Assembly: GCA_964385515.1 (NCBI GenBank)
Contig: CAYLPD010000002.1
Span: forward strand, 1 to 54,758
Reading direction: 5' to 3'
DNA from: an uncultured Bdellovibrionales bacterium
Lineage (GTDB): Bacteria > Patescibacteriota > Minisyncoccia > Moranbacterales > UBA1568
Length of the DNA stretch: 54,758 nucleotides
How positions within the stretch are numbered: the stretch's first letter is position 1; each line of letters starts with the position of its first letter. A program made the position numbers and the translations under genes. The notes beneath the pieces are model-generated. The model ran no database searches. It was not told where the DNA came from and was given only the letters and a program-made list of their open reading frames with translations. Of the stretch, positions 21,525-31,105 are shown piece by piece.

Positions 21525-23210
21525 TTATGCTTTTGAAGAATCAGACTTTTTCGGTGTGACTAGAACCCACGGATGTTTTTCCATCCATTCTGCAAACAGG
21601 AAATTCACCATAATCCTCACAAGTACGACGGCGGTGAAAAGGGAGAGAAGGACACCAAGCGCCAGGATAATGGCAAAGCCCTTTACGAAGCCCGTCCCCA
21701 TCCCAATGAGAATAACCGTCGTAATGAGCGTTGAGAGATGACCGTCTCGAATCGATGGCCAGGCACGACGAAAACCTTCGTGAAGTGCTTTCCGCATCGT
21801 TTTGCCGAACGAGAGCTCTTCGCGGGTACGTTCAAAGATGAGCACATTAGCATCAACAGCGATACCAATGGACAGGATGAACCCCGCAATTCCCGAAAGC
21901 GTCAGCGTGATTGGAAACGGCGTGAAGGTAGACAACTTAAAGAGCGCGAGGAGCATTGCTGAATACAATAGCAAGGCCAGCACGGCAATAAAACCAAGGA
22001 AACGATAAAAGAGCAGCATAAAGACTGACACTGCGGTCAGGCCGAGAATGCCGGCACGCACACTCTGATCGAGCGCCGATTGACCGAGAGAAGCGTCGAT
22101 CGACTGTTGCGCATCAAGGGTAATTGGCACTGGCAAGGCGCCTTCATTGAAACGCTTCACTTCCGCATTTGCTTGTGCCATGGTGAAATTACCGGTAATC
22201 ACCGCTTGACCATCTCGGATTTCTGCCTGAACTGTCGGCTGACTGACTACCTCATTATCGATAAATATCGCAACCGGTTTACCGATATTCCGGGCCGTAA
22301 TATCGGCAAAAAGCTTTGCTCCTTCATCATCAAATCGCAGAGCAATTTGAGGTGATCCAACACCCTGAGATTGATAGTCAACAAAGACATCTTTCAAGTT
22401 TTTCCCTGTGAGTCCAGTTGCTTTGAAACGTAGCTGGGGAAAATCCTCAAGCGCATATTTCGGAAAAAGAATATGTGACACATTCACCTCACGACTATCA
22501 CCCTCACCACGCTCATCGAGTTTTTTGAGGATATGCCAGCCAAACGTTGTTTCCACGAGCGCAGGATGAACAGTGCCTGTAGCAAAATTTGGATCAAAAG
22601 CAACCGCGTCAAATTCCGGCACATAACTCCCCTGCTTGGCGAATCCCAATTCACCATTATTCTCTTTCGCTCCTGGATCGCGACTCCAGGTCCGAACCAA
22701 TTCAGCAAAATTACTCCCCCCCACGGCATTCTCGAGAATCCTCTCTGCGGTATCTTTTGATTGTGTGTTCGCCGCATCGATCTGCGCCTGCGCTTCTGGC
22801 CCAGCAAGCTCTCGAAATTCAAGGAATGGTGTCTCCTTGATCATCGATTTCGCCTGCTCAATATCTTTGACTCCTGGAAGTTCAACGATAATGCGACTCT
22901 CAGATCCCGATCGCGACAATTGGACGACTGGCTCACCGACACCAAACGCATTGACACGTCGCTCGATGACATCGACTGCGGCCTGGAGGGCATCATCCTT
23001 TTTACTTGCCGTGAGACCTGATGTATCTGCGGCATACTCGAGATGAATCCCGCCTTGCAGATCCAAACCCAGATTCATTTGTATCTGTTCAAAAAAGCGC
23101 AGAGCAGGAGGGGCAAAGGCGACAAGTCCTGGATAGGCAATGACTCCCGTCCCGAATGCCAGGAGAATAACCCCGACAAATTGATAACGGATCTTCTTGA
23201 TAGCATTCAT
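21525..23210 (-). CDS. secD: Protein translocase subunit SecD with an inserted parvulin-type PPIase domain
   Basis: SecD hallmarks are [38 protein letters not shown] and a C-terminal 6-TM domain with [17 protein letters not shown]. The segment encoded by 22464-22799 matches parvulin (see findings). The track start 23231 is TTG, so I use ATG 23210. Confidence 0.9.
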   Translation of the reverse strand: [561 protein letters not shown]

Positions 23211-23289
23211 ATGTTCGTCAGTATATCTCAAGAAAAAGGCCTAGGCAAGCCACTACACTCGTGTTCAAACGAGGTGAAAAATCCAGGTA

Positions 23290-25017
23290 TCAGGTCGATC
23301 TTCGTCCATGTGTACCCCGCCCTAAGCGTTCCTCAAGTCGTTTCAGTCGACGTTTTGCCTCTCGGTCAAGTCGCTTTGCGTAAACTGTATAGTCAGGAAT
23401 GGGAATGAGTGATTTGTCTGCGAGCAGGAAAGCTCGATCGAGTGACAGATGTGAGAGAAATGTCCGATCGTGAGTAATGAGGATAATGGTCCCGGGGTAC
23501 ACCGCTAACGCATCCTCCAGTGCTTCAATTGCTTCGAGGTCTAGATGATTGGTTGGTTCATCGAGAATCAGGATATTGGCTCCGCGATACACCAGCGAAG
23601 CGAGAACCAAACGCACTCGTTCGCCTGGACTCAGGCGACCTATTGGTACACTCGCCTCATCCGGTACAAAACCAAACCGCGAAAGTAATACCAGCACTTC
23701 GCTCCGTTCATATAATCGAAAACGTTTCGCAAAATACGTGAGGGCTGTTTCTTTGAGTGGCAACCCTTCTCCCTCCTGCAAAATATCCCCAAAGATTGCG
23801 CCCTTGCCCACCCGCACCGTTCCAGCCAAAGGTGGAACCAAGCCGGCAATCGTTTTTATCAATGTTGTCTTTCCCGCACCGTTTGATCCAAGCAGCGCCG
23901 TGCGCGAGCGAAACGGTAACCGAAGGCTTAGACCGCGTACCACTGGATTATGCTTGTCATAACCGATAGAAACCCGCGAGAGCGTGATCGCTGGAGGTAC
24001 AGTCTTGACTCCTGGAACAAGCGTAAATTCCAAAGGGGAACGCTCAAACGGTTTCTCGTGTTCATTGAGCCGATCCAGTCGTCCCTCAAGTGATTTAGCT
24101 GCACCCGAAAACTTTTTTATCGCTCGTTCCTTCTTATAATTGGCAGCTAGCTTATCACGATCGGGACCTCGTTTTTTTTTCGTTACATCCACCCAATGAA
24201 TTTTCTCCTGTGCTGAAGCAGTCACGCGCTCCCGCTCCCGCTCCTGAGCACCATATAACTCTTTTGAGCGCCGAAATACATGTGCCTTCGTCTCGGCATA
24301 AACAGACCAGTTCCCGTTGTACAAGACCGCGCTATGTTTCACCGGATCGATAGCGAGAACGCGATCCACAACCCGGTCGAGAAACATTCTGTCATGCGAT
24401 GCAACAAGCACGGTTACGCCAGATCGAACGAGATAGGCTTCAAGCCAAAGCAGCGCAACCAGATCGAGATTATTTGTCGGCTCATCCAGGAGGAGGAGAT
24501 CCACGCCCGAGAGCAGGACGGCCGCAAGGGCGAGCTTGCGTTTTTCCCCGCCAGAAAATGTTGACAACGATCGATGGAGGTCAAGACTCTCAAGGGCCAG
24601 ACCATCCAGAATACCTCGCGAACGATCGAGAAAAGCATAGCCGCCGAGGCGTTTAAAATGCTCGGTCAACCGTTCATACTCAGCCAATTGTTCCGGCTGA
24701 TCAAGATATGGTTCGAGCGCTTCCATCTTGGCTTCCAATGCGCTGATCCCCGTCTCCTTTCGGAGGAATTGCATTGCAGTTTCACTCCCCTCAACCATGG
24801 TTTCCTGAGGCAGGTAACCGACCAGCCACCCCCTGGAAAGAGACACTGTTCCGCGGTCCGCGGACTCAAGTCCAGCAATAATTTTCAGTAATGTTGATTT
24901 TCCGGTTCCGTTTTCCCCGACGAGAGCCATTCTCCGCCCGGCAATCAAGCGAAAAGAAACCTCGTGGAGGAGGCGGCGTGTCCCAAAACTCTTTCTGATT
25001 CGTTGGACAGAGAGCAT
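23290..25017 (-). CDS. ABC-F family ATPase (two ABC domains, no TM domain)
   Basis: Two Walker A sites (GENGTGKST, GSNGAGKTT), two signature motifs (LSGGEKRKL, LSPGERVRL) and a charged linker. ATG 25017 places Walker A about 33 aa from the start. Track start 25101 would overlap the upstream NUDIX gene. Confidence 0.85.
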   Translation of the reverse strand: MLSVQRIRKSFGTRRLLHEVSFRLIAGRRMALVGENGTGKSTLLKIIAGLESADRGTVSLSRGWLVGYLPQETMVEGSETAMQFLRKETGISALEAKMEALEPYLDQPEQLAEYERLTEHFKRLGGYAFLDRSRGILDGLALESLDLHRSLSTFSGGEKRKLALAAVLLSGVDLLLLDEPTNNLDLVALLWLEAYLVRSGVTVLVASHDRMFLDRVVDRVLAIDPVKHSAVLYNGNWSVYAETKAHVFRRSKELYGAQERERERVTASAQEKIHWVDVTKKKRGPDRDKLAANYKKERAIKKFSGAAKSLEGRLDRLNEHEKPFERSPLEFTLVPGVKTVPPAITLSRVSIGYDKHNPVVRGLSLRLPFRSRTALLGSNGAGKTTLIKTIAGLVPPLAGTVRVGKGAIFGDILQEGEGLPLKETALTYFAKRFRLYERSEVLVLLSRFGFVPDEASVPIGRLSPGERVRLVLASLVYRGANILILDEPTNHLDLEAIEALEDALAVYPGTIILITHDRTFLSHLSLDRAFLLADKSLIPIPDYTVYAKRLDREAKRRLKRLEERLGRGTHGRRST

Positions 25018-25060
25018 AAGCGAATGAACCACAATAGCAGACTCCCACTCAAAGGGGAAG

Positions 25061-25579
25061 TTAGGCATCTCGTCGGCGCAGGTATTTTTCCGTCGATTCA
25101 AGCACTCGTTTCGCGTTATGGAAGGTTACTTTCGCTAATGCAGATTCAAACGGAAGCCAAAGAAAACCGATGTGCTCATGGGAAATCACTACTTCAGTTG
25201 TCGGCAGTGTCTGAGCCGGATAGAAATGTACCACTTTGAATATCCACGTGCCACGACCTTCACGGACCCGACGCTCATATTCGGTACCACGGGCCCGATA
25301 GAAGTAACGAATGCTGACACGTTCAGGGTATACATCAATATTTTTTATCCCCGTTTCCTCTTCTGTTTCCCGCCGGAGAGTATCTTCTTCTGTCTCACCC
25401 GCTTCAATATGACCCTTGGGAAAATCAAAATGACCACTGGGATACTGGAGAATCAAATATTCGCGCGTCCCATCGTGAGCCAAACGAAAAAGCACACAGC
25501 CAACCGACACTTCCCAGATGACTGGAAAACCAACGAACCCCAATACTTGACACAGTAATTTGTTGACTGGTAAGCGCAT
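25061..25579 (-). CDS. NUDIX hydrolase (Ap4A-hydrolase-like)
   Basis: The Nudix box is KGHIEAGETEEDTLRRETEEETGI. The N-terminal 25 aa are atypical, so the true start may lie further inside. Confidence 0.8.
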   Translation of the reverse strand: MRLPVNKLLCQVLGFVGFPVIWEVSVGCVLFRLAHDGTREYLILQYPSGHFDFPKGHIEAGETEEDTLRRETEEETGIKNIDVYPERVSIRYFYRARGTEYERRVREGRGTWIFKVVHFYPAQTLPTTEVVISHEHIGFLWLPFESALAKVTFHNAKRVLESTEKYLRRRDA

Positions 25580-25677
25580 ATATTTTCAGACTACAGGGAA
25601 AGCGGCATATTGACAAAGCAGCCAAAAACAGATTCACTGCTTTTTCACGCAATGCGCGTGAGACCGGCAGTATACCG

Positions 25678-25683
25678 TATAAT
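25678..25683 (+). promoter_or_regulatory. Consensus -10 hexamer TATAAT, 6 nt upstream of the PBP start codon (candidate leaderless promoter)
   Basis: The sequence is tataccgTATAATacatccATG. There is no SD-like purine run between hexamer and ATG, and no good -35. Confidence 0.45.
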
Positions 25684-25689
25684 ACATCC

Positions 25690-27822
25690 ATGCCCAAAGT
25701 CTTTTCACTCCTCCAGTGGCTTGCTCGCCAGACAACCTGGATCGTCCTCGTCCTCACCCTCGGTCTCGTCGTTGGAGGATTTACTATTTATTATTTTGAT
25801 GCAGCCGAAACGCTGGCTCTGGATAAGCACCCATTGAAAGAAACGACACTCCTGTATGACCGGACGGGAAAAGAAATTCTCTATGCAGTCCATGGAGAAG
25901 AAAACCGACGAGTTATCCCTCACGCTGAAATACCCGAATCCGTGAGACAAGCGACCGTCGCTGCGGAAGACGCTCACTTCTTCACTCACCCCGGTATTGA
26001 TGTCCTCGCAGTTCTCCGAGCGGCCATCGTCAATGTCCGTAATCAGGGTATCTCGCAGGGCGCATCGACCATTACACAGCAGCTTGCCCGAGCTCTCTTC
26101 CTCACGCGTGAAAAAACCTGGGTACGCAAGGTGCGCGAAATCATCCTGGCTATCAAAATTGAAAAATCCCTTTCAAAAGAAGAGATTCTTGATCTCTATC
26201 TCAATACTGTCCCCTACGGATCCAACGCTTACGGGATAGAGGCTGCCGCTCAAACATTCTTTGGGAAGAAGGCGACCGAACTCACGCTTGATGAAGCTGC
26301 GCTCCTCGCTGCCTTGCCGAATGCACCCACTCTCTATTCACCCTACGGAAAAAACCAGAAAGGACTTATTGCGAGGAAAGATTCTATTTTACGTAAGATG
26401 GGTGATCTCAGTACTCTCTCTCCATCCAGTATGGAGACCGCCCTCCAGGCCAAAACACTGGATAAGATTGTTCCTCTCGAAAGGAAAATTCAGGCACCTC
26501 ACTTTGTGTTTTATATTCTTGATCGTCTCAAAAAAGAATATGGTCAAGAGGCGCTTGAGACTGAGGGATATGATGTCTACACATCCATCGATCTTGAACT
26601 TCAACACCAAGCCGAATCAATCGTGGCTGCCGGAGTAAAGCGCAACCTCTCCCGTGGAGCATCCAATGGAGCTTTGGTCGCCCTTACTCCTCAAAACGGC
26701 GAAATCCTCGCCATGGTTGGTAGTCGTGATTATTTCGATCCGAAGATCGACGGCCAAGTCAATGTGGCTATTGAGAAACGTCAACCTGGATCAACTTTCA
26801 AGCCGTTCGCATACGCCACCGCATTTTCAAAAGGGTTTACACCAGAAACACGAATATATGATGTCCCAATAAACTTCGGTGCTGACGGCACTGGAACCGA
26901 TTATATTCCAAGCAACTACGACGGTCGTTTCCGGGGCCTGATAACGATGCGAGCAGCCCTCTCTCAATCTCTCAATATCCCGGCAGTTTCGACGCTCTAT
27001 CTCGCAGGCATACCCGACACGATTGCTCTCGCAACCGCAATGGGAATCACCACCTTGACTGAACCGAGTCGTTATGGACTGGCCCTCGTCCTTGGCGGCG
27101 CCGAAGTGAAACTCGTCGACTTGACCAGTGCTTTCGGGGTTTTCGGTCAAGAAGGGAAACGTGTCCCAACGGACGGTATCTTGCGTATTGTGGATCGCGA
27201 AAATCGAGAAGTCTATAAGCGAATTACTCATTCAGACCAAGTTGTCAGCGCCAGCGTCACGAAAGCGATTAGCTCGATTCTTTCGGATAATGCGGCTCGC
27301 ACTCCTGTCTTTGGTGCCTCTAGTCCGATTGCGTTCCCATCCGGAACGGGCGTCGCTGCCAAAACCGGTACTACTCAAAACTTCCGTGACGCATGGACCG
27401 TCGGCTATACTCGTGACGTCGCACTCGGTGTCTGGACCGGCAACAATGACAACACCGCCATGGAAGAAGGAGCTGATGGTATTTACATGGCCGCACCGAT
27501 GTGGCGAGAAATGATGGATGTCCTCATCGACCGCTATCCACCGCAGCCGTTCTCTCCATACACGAATACGACTGAACGTGATGGGGTGACAACCGGTGAA
27601 ATCGCTTTTGATGAACCGAAAATTGTCTACTATGACAAAAAGACCGGGAAAAAGTTATCCGAGGCCAAAGCCAAGAAAAAACGCCAGAGCGATGTCGAGG
27701 TCCGTATCGTCGATGGTGGAATGACGTTCAAATACTCAAAAGAAAAAGGCAGTGATAATCTCCTCTTCAAACCCACAACCGCCACTGATCTCTTGAAGAT
27801 CTATTACCCCAATGGAAGCTAG
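25690..27822 (+). CDS. Class A penicillin-binding protein (bifunctional transglycosylase/transpeptidase, PBP1A-like)
   Basis: N-terminal TM. GT51 motifs are EDAHFFTHPGID and GASTITQQLAR. Transpeptidase motifs are STFKPF, SQSLN and KTGT. Confidence 0.95.
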   Translation: MPKVFSLLQWLARQTTWIVLVLTLGLVVGGFTIYYFDAAETLALDKHPLKETTLLYDRTGKEILYAVHGEENRRVIPHAEIPESVRQATVAAEDAHFFTHPGIDVLAVLRAAIVNVRNQGISQGASTITQQLARALFLTREKTWVRKVREIILAIKIEKSLSKEEILDLYLNTVPYGSNAYGIEAAAQTFFGKKATELTLDEAALLAALPNAPTLYSPYGKNQKGLIARKDSILRKMGDLSTLSPSSMETALQAKTLDKIVPLERKIQAPHFVFYILDRLKKEYGQEALETEGYDVYTSIDLELQHQAESIVAAGVKRNLSRGASNGALVALTPQNGEILAMVGSRDYFDPKIDGQVNVAIEKRQPGSTFKPFAYATAFSKGFTPETRIYDVPINFGADGTGTDYIPSNYDGRFRGLITMRAALSQSLNIPAVSTLYLAGIPDTIALATAMGITTLTEPSRYGLALVLGGAEVKLVDLTSAFGVFGQEGKRVPTDGILRIVDRENREVYKRITHSDQVVSASVTKAISSILSDNAARTPVFGASSPIAFPSGTGVAAKTGTTQNFRDAWTVGYTRDVALGVWTGNNDNTAMEEGADGIYMAAPMWREMMDVLIDRYPPQPFSPYTNTTERDGVTTGEIAFDEPKIVYYDKKTGKKLSEAKAKKKRQSDVEVRIVDGGMTFKYSKEKGSDNLLFKPTTATDLLKIYYPNGS

Positions 27823-29075
27823 TCTCTCCGGAGCGCTTCCATCGGAGTGAGTTCTGAGGCCCGGTATGCGGGTGCCAACCCAAAGATGATACCCACCGAA
27901 GTAGAAAACCCTATCCCCAGAAGGAACGACTGGAAGGAAAAAGAAAGTGGGAGAGGAAAACCGAAAAAGGCAAAAATATAGCCCAATGCAAGCGTCAACA
28001 GTATCCCCAACAGAATGCCAATGATGCCGCCAAGCAACGTAATGATCAGCGCTTCAAATAGGAACTGTTGAAGGATACTCCTTGAAGTCGCCCCAACAGC
28101 TTTCCGCAAACCGATTTCCGATGTCCGCTCGCTGACCGAGACGTACATCACATTCATGATCCCAACCCCACCGACAACCAGGGAAATTGAAGTGAGGGCT
28201 AACAGGAGTATTGTAAGCGATCCCAGTACCTCACTAAATGTCTCTTGTGTCTCTTTTGTTGAAGTCACCGAAAAATCATCTTTATCGGGATCCGAGATAT
28301 CATGCCGTTTCCGAAGAACCGCAACAATATCCGCAACTGTTTCCACTTCACGCGCAGCATCTTTCATCTTGACCGAAATGAATTGAACATAATTCACTCC
28401 CAGAAGTTTCTTCTGCAACGTCTGCACCGGCACATAGGTAAAAGTATCAAAGTTAAGAAATGCAACCGCGCCTCGGGACTCGAGCACTCCAATCACCCGA
28501 TACTTCTCGCCTCTCAAGGAAATGTACTGCCCCACGGCATCACTTGACCCAAAAAAAGTTTCCTTTATATCGCTCCCCAAAACGGCTACTTGAGCGAGGC
28601 TAGCATCTTCCTGGTCGGTGAAAAATCTTCCGCTTGCCAACTTGAGGTTCTGATCAACGAGCGCAACATCCGGGCCTGTCCCAAATAAAGAAATCCGTTT
28701 GCCAACTGAACCATAGGTAGCCCGTTCCTGGCCGATCGTCCCCGCGTAGACAGCATCCACATTCGCTATTTTCTCTATTGCTTCCCCATCTTTAGTGGTG
28801 AGAGTGGTGATTTGCGTCCCAAGCGCTCGACCCGAGGCATTTTCACTCGACATCGCTGTAGTATTGGGGATTTTTACTTCAATTTGGATGAGATTTGAAC
28901 CAAAGCTTTCAACTTGACCCAAAATATAACTCTTTACTCCTTCACCCAGCGCTGTCACCACAACAACCGCAAATACCCCAATCACCACTCCCAACAAAGC
29001 CAGTGCCGTCCGCGCCCTATGGGTACGAATAGTACGAATCGCAAACAAAAACGGAGTGAAAAGTCTTTTATTCAT
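27819..29075 (-). CDS. ABC transporter permease, MacB/FtsX family
   Basis: N-terminal TM (RTALALLGVVIGVFAVVVV), a large extracytoplasmic domain, and a C-terminal FtsX 3-TM bundle with the SERTSEIGLRKAVGA motif. Confidence 0.9.
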   Translation of the reverse strand: MNKRLFTPFLFAIRTIRTHRARTALALLGVVIGVFAVVVVTALGEGVKSYILGQVESFGSNLIQIEVKIPNTTAMSSENASGRALGTQITTLTTKDGEAIEKIANVDAVYAGTIGQERATYGSVGKRISLFGTGPDVALVDQNLKLASGRFFTDQEDASLAQVAVLGSDIKETFFGSSDAVGQYISLRGEKYRVIGVLESRGAVAFLNFDTFTYVPVQTLQKKLLGVNYVQFISVKMKDAAREVETVADIVAVLRKRHDISDPDKDDFSVTSTKETQETFSEVLGSLTILLLALTSISLVVGGVGIMNVMYVSVSERTSEIGLRKAVGATSRSILQQFLFEALIITLLGGIIGILLGILLTLALGYIFAFFGFPLPLSFSFQSFLLGIGFSTSVGIIFGLAPAYRASELTPMEALRRD

Positions 29076-29077
29076 AG

Positions 29078-30319
29078 CTATTCATAGCGTAATGCCTCCA
29101 TCGGGCTCACTTTGGAAGCTTTGAGAGCTGGATACAAACCAAACGTAATTCCAATAACCAAAGAAACGGTAAAACCGATGATCACTGAGAAGAGCGGGAT
29201 CAAAAATTGCCACTCATATCCAAGATAAGGGATAACAAGGGCAGCGAGATAGGCAATGCAGATACCAAAGACAATACCGATACAGCCTCCAACGAGAGTA
29301 ATCACGGACGACTCAATCAGAAACTGAGTGATAATATGAACCGGTCGCGCTCCCAAAGCTTTCCGCAAACCAATTTCGCGAATCCGCTGCGAAACAGAGA
29401 TGAGCATCGAATTCATAATCCCGATGCCTCCCACCAACAGAGAAATGGATGCGATCGCGATCAGAAAATATCGCAAGACATCGGTGATAGTGGTCAAAAT
29501 TCCGATAGCGGCTTTCGTACTCCGAACGGAAAAATCAGATTCTTCATTATCCTCAAGGTTGTGCCGCTTACGCAAAAGCAGCGTGATATCTGCTATTGTC
29601 CGTTCAATATTGGCAGGATCGTCGACCTTACCACGTGCCAAGTTGAGGTAATCCACGCCGAGAAGCACCTTCTGAGCCGTCCCCAAGGGGACATACACAA
29701 GCACATCAGGATTCGAAAATGTGGCTGACCCCCGTTCCTCCAAAACACCGATCACCTTAAAAGGATTTTTCTTGATAGTCACAATTTCACCAATCGGATT
29801 TTTCCCGGGGAAAAGATCTGTTGCCCGAGTGGCTCCCAACACCACAATTCGCGAGAGGTCATTTTCCTCTTCAGGGAAAAAGAAACGGCCCTGCGCCACT
29901 CGGATATTTTCTACGGCTATCAAATCTGGAGATACTCCCTGGAAACTTGCTTCAAAGGACTCCGTATCTGATTCTATCGTCGCTGAACCGCTGACATACC
30001 CCGATATCGCGGCCAGATGTGGTACATTGCGTCGCTCTCGAAGTGCCTTTAGGTCATCATTTTTGAATGTGGTTGTGACAATCCCCAGCGCTGATGCCGG
30101 TGGTCCCTTTTCCTCAGAGGCCCCCGGCAAAATACCAACCAGATTTGATCCCACACTCTCGATTTGTGACAGCACTAGTTTCTGTGCGCTTGCTCCAATG
30201 GCCATCACCATAATCACTGCCGCAACACCAATCACCACTCCAAGCACGGTTAAAAAAAAGCGGAGCTTGGATGCCATCAACGATCGATAGGTGACTTTGA
30301 TCGGGTCCGATATTTTCAT
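29078..30319 (-). CDS. ABC transporter permease, MacB/FtsX family (paralogue of the downstream gene)
   Basis: Same architecture, with the motif SQRIREIGLRKALGA. I chose ATG 30319 (MKISDPIKV...), which is preceded by AGGAA. Track start 30355 is GTG. Confidence 0.9.
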   Translation of the reverse strand: MKISDPIKVTYRSLMASKLRFFLTVLGVVIGVAAVIMVMAIGASAQKLVLSQIESVGSNLVGILPGASEEKGPPASALGIVTTTFKNDDLKALRERRNVPHLAAISGYVSGSATIESDTESFEASFQGVSPDLIAVENIRVAQGRFFFPEEENDLSRIVVLGATRATDLFPGKNPIGEIVTIKKNPFKVIGVLEERGSATFSNPDVLVYVPLGTAQKVLLGVDYLNLARGKVDDPANIERTIADITLLLRKRHNLEDNEESDFSVRSTKAAIGILTTITDVLRYFLIAIASISLLVGGIGIMNSMLISVSQRIREIGLRKALGARPVHIITQFLIESSVITLVGGCIGIVFGICIAYLAALVIPYLGYEWQFLIPLFSVIIGFTVSLVIGITFGLYPALKASKVSPMEALRYE

Positions 30320-30364
30320 ATATTCCTGTTTGGAAATCGCCAAGATACCCGCCACTCGTTGTGA

Positions 30365-31105
30365 CTACTTGAGCAGAGTGGCTTCACTCTTGGCAATCCG
30401 GCGATTTTGTACCGCCTCATCAGCCACGATCTCGCCATCCACCATGCGGAGGATACGCTTTGCGTGTTCAGCTGTCGCTGTTTCATGCGTAACGAGGATG
30501 ATGGTCCGGCCTCCCTCATTCAGTTGCTGGAGAATAGCCATCACCTGAAGTCCTGCTTTAGAGTCCAAGTTCCCCGTCGGTTCATCCGCAAAAATAATAG
30601 AAGGATCGTTGACCAAAGCGCGGGCAATGGCCACCCGTTGTTTTTCGCCACCAGAAAGCTGATTCGACAGATAATTCGCTCGGTGGGTCATATCCACTGC
30701 CTTCAGAGCTGCCGCGACCCGCGATTGATTCGAGGTATCAGTCACATCATCATATAAAAGGGGGAGTTCAACATTTTCTGAAACCGTAGTTTTCGGCAGC
30801 AAATTGAAAGCTTGAAATATAAACCCGATTTGCTTATTCCGCAGACGGGCCAACTCATCATCCGAGAACTTTGTCACATCCCTACCATCCAAGAAATACT
30901 CCCCGCCCGTTGCCCGGTCGAGTAAACCAAGGACTTGCATCAAGGTTGACTTCCCTGATCCGGAAGGTCCCATAATAGCCAGGAATTCACCTTTGGCAAT
31001 AGAAAAATCTGCCCCTCTCAACGCGCGTGTCGCCACTCCATCGCTTTCATACGTCTTCGCCAAACCCCGTACTTGTATCAAAGCCATGTGGGAATCCATT
31101 ATCAT
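30365..31105 (-). CDS. ABC transporter ATP-binding protein (MacB/LolD-type)
   Basis: Walker [10 protein letters not shown], signature [15 protein letters not shown] and Walker [16 protein letters not shown] 31105 overlaps the upstream stop (TAATG). ATG 31087 is an alternative start. Confidence 0.9.
   Translation of the reverse strand: MIMDSHMALIQVRGLAKTYESDGVATRALRGADFSIAKGEFLAIMGPSGSGKSTLMQVLGLLDRATGGEYFLDGRDVTKFSDDELARLRNKQIGFIFQAFNLLPKTTVSENVELPLLYDDVTDTSNQSRVAAALKAVDMTHRANYLSNQLSGGEKQRVAIARALVNDPSIIFADEPTGNLDSKAGLQVMAILQQLNEGGRTIILVTHETATAEHAKRILRMVDGEIVADEAVQNRRIAKSEATLLK

Noticed and set aside
24172-24180. A run of nine T (A9 on the coding strand) inside the ABC-F gene as a possible slippage or phase-variation site.
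   Set aside because: The frame is intact across it (..DVTKKKRGPD..) and it simply encodes Lys-Lys-Lys. There is no sign of a frameshift.
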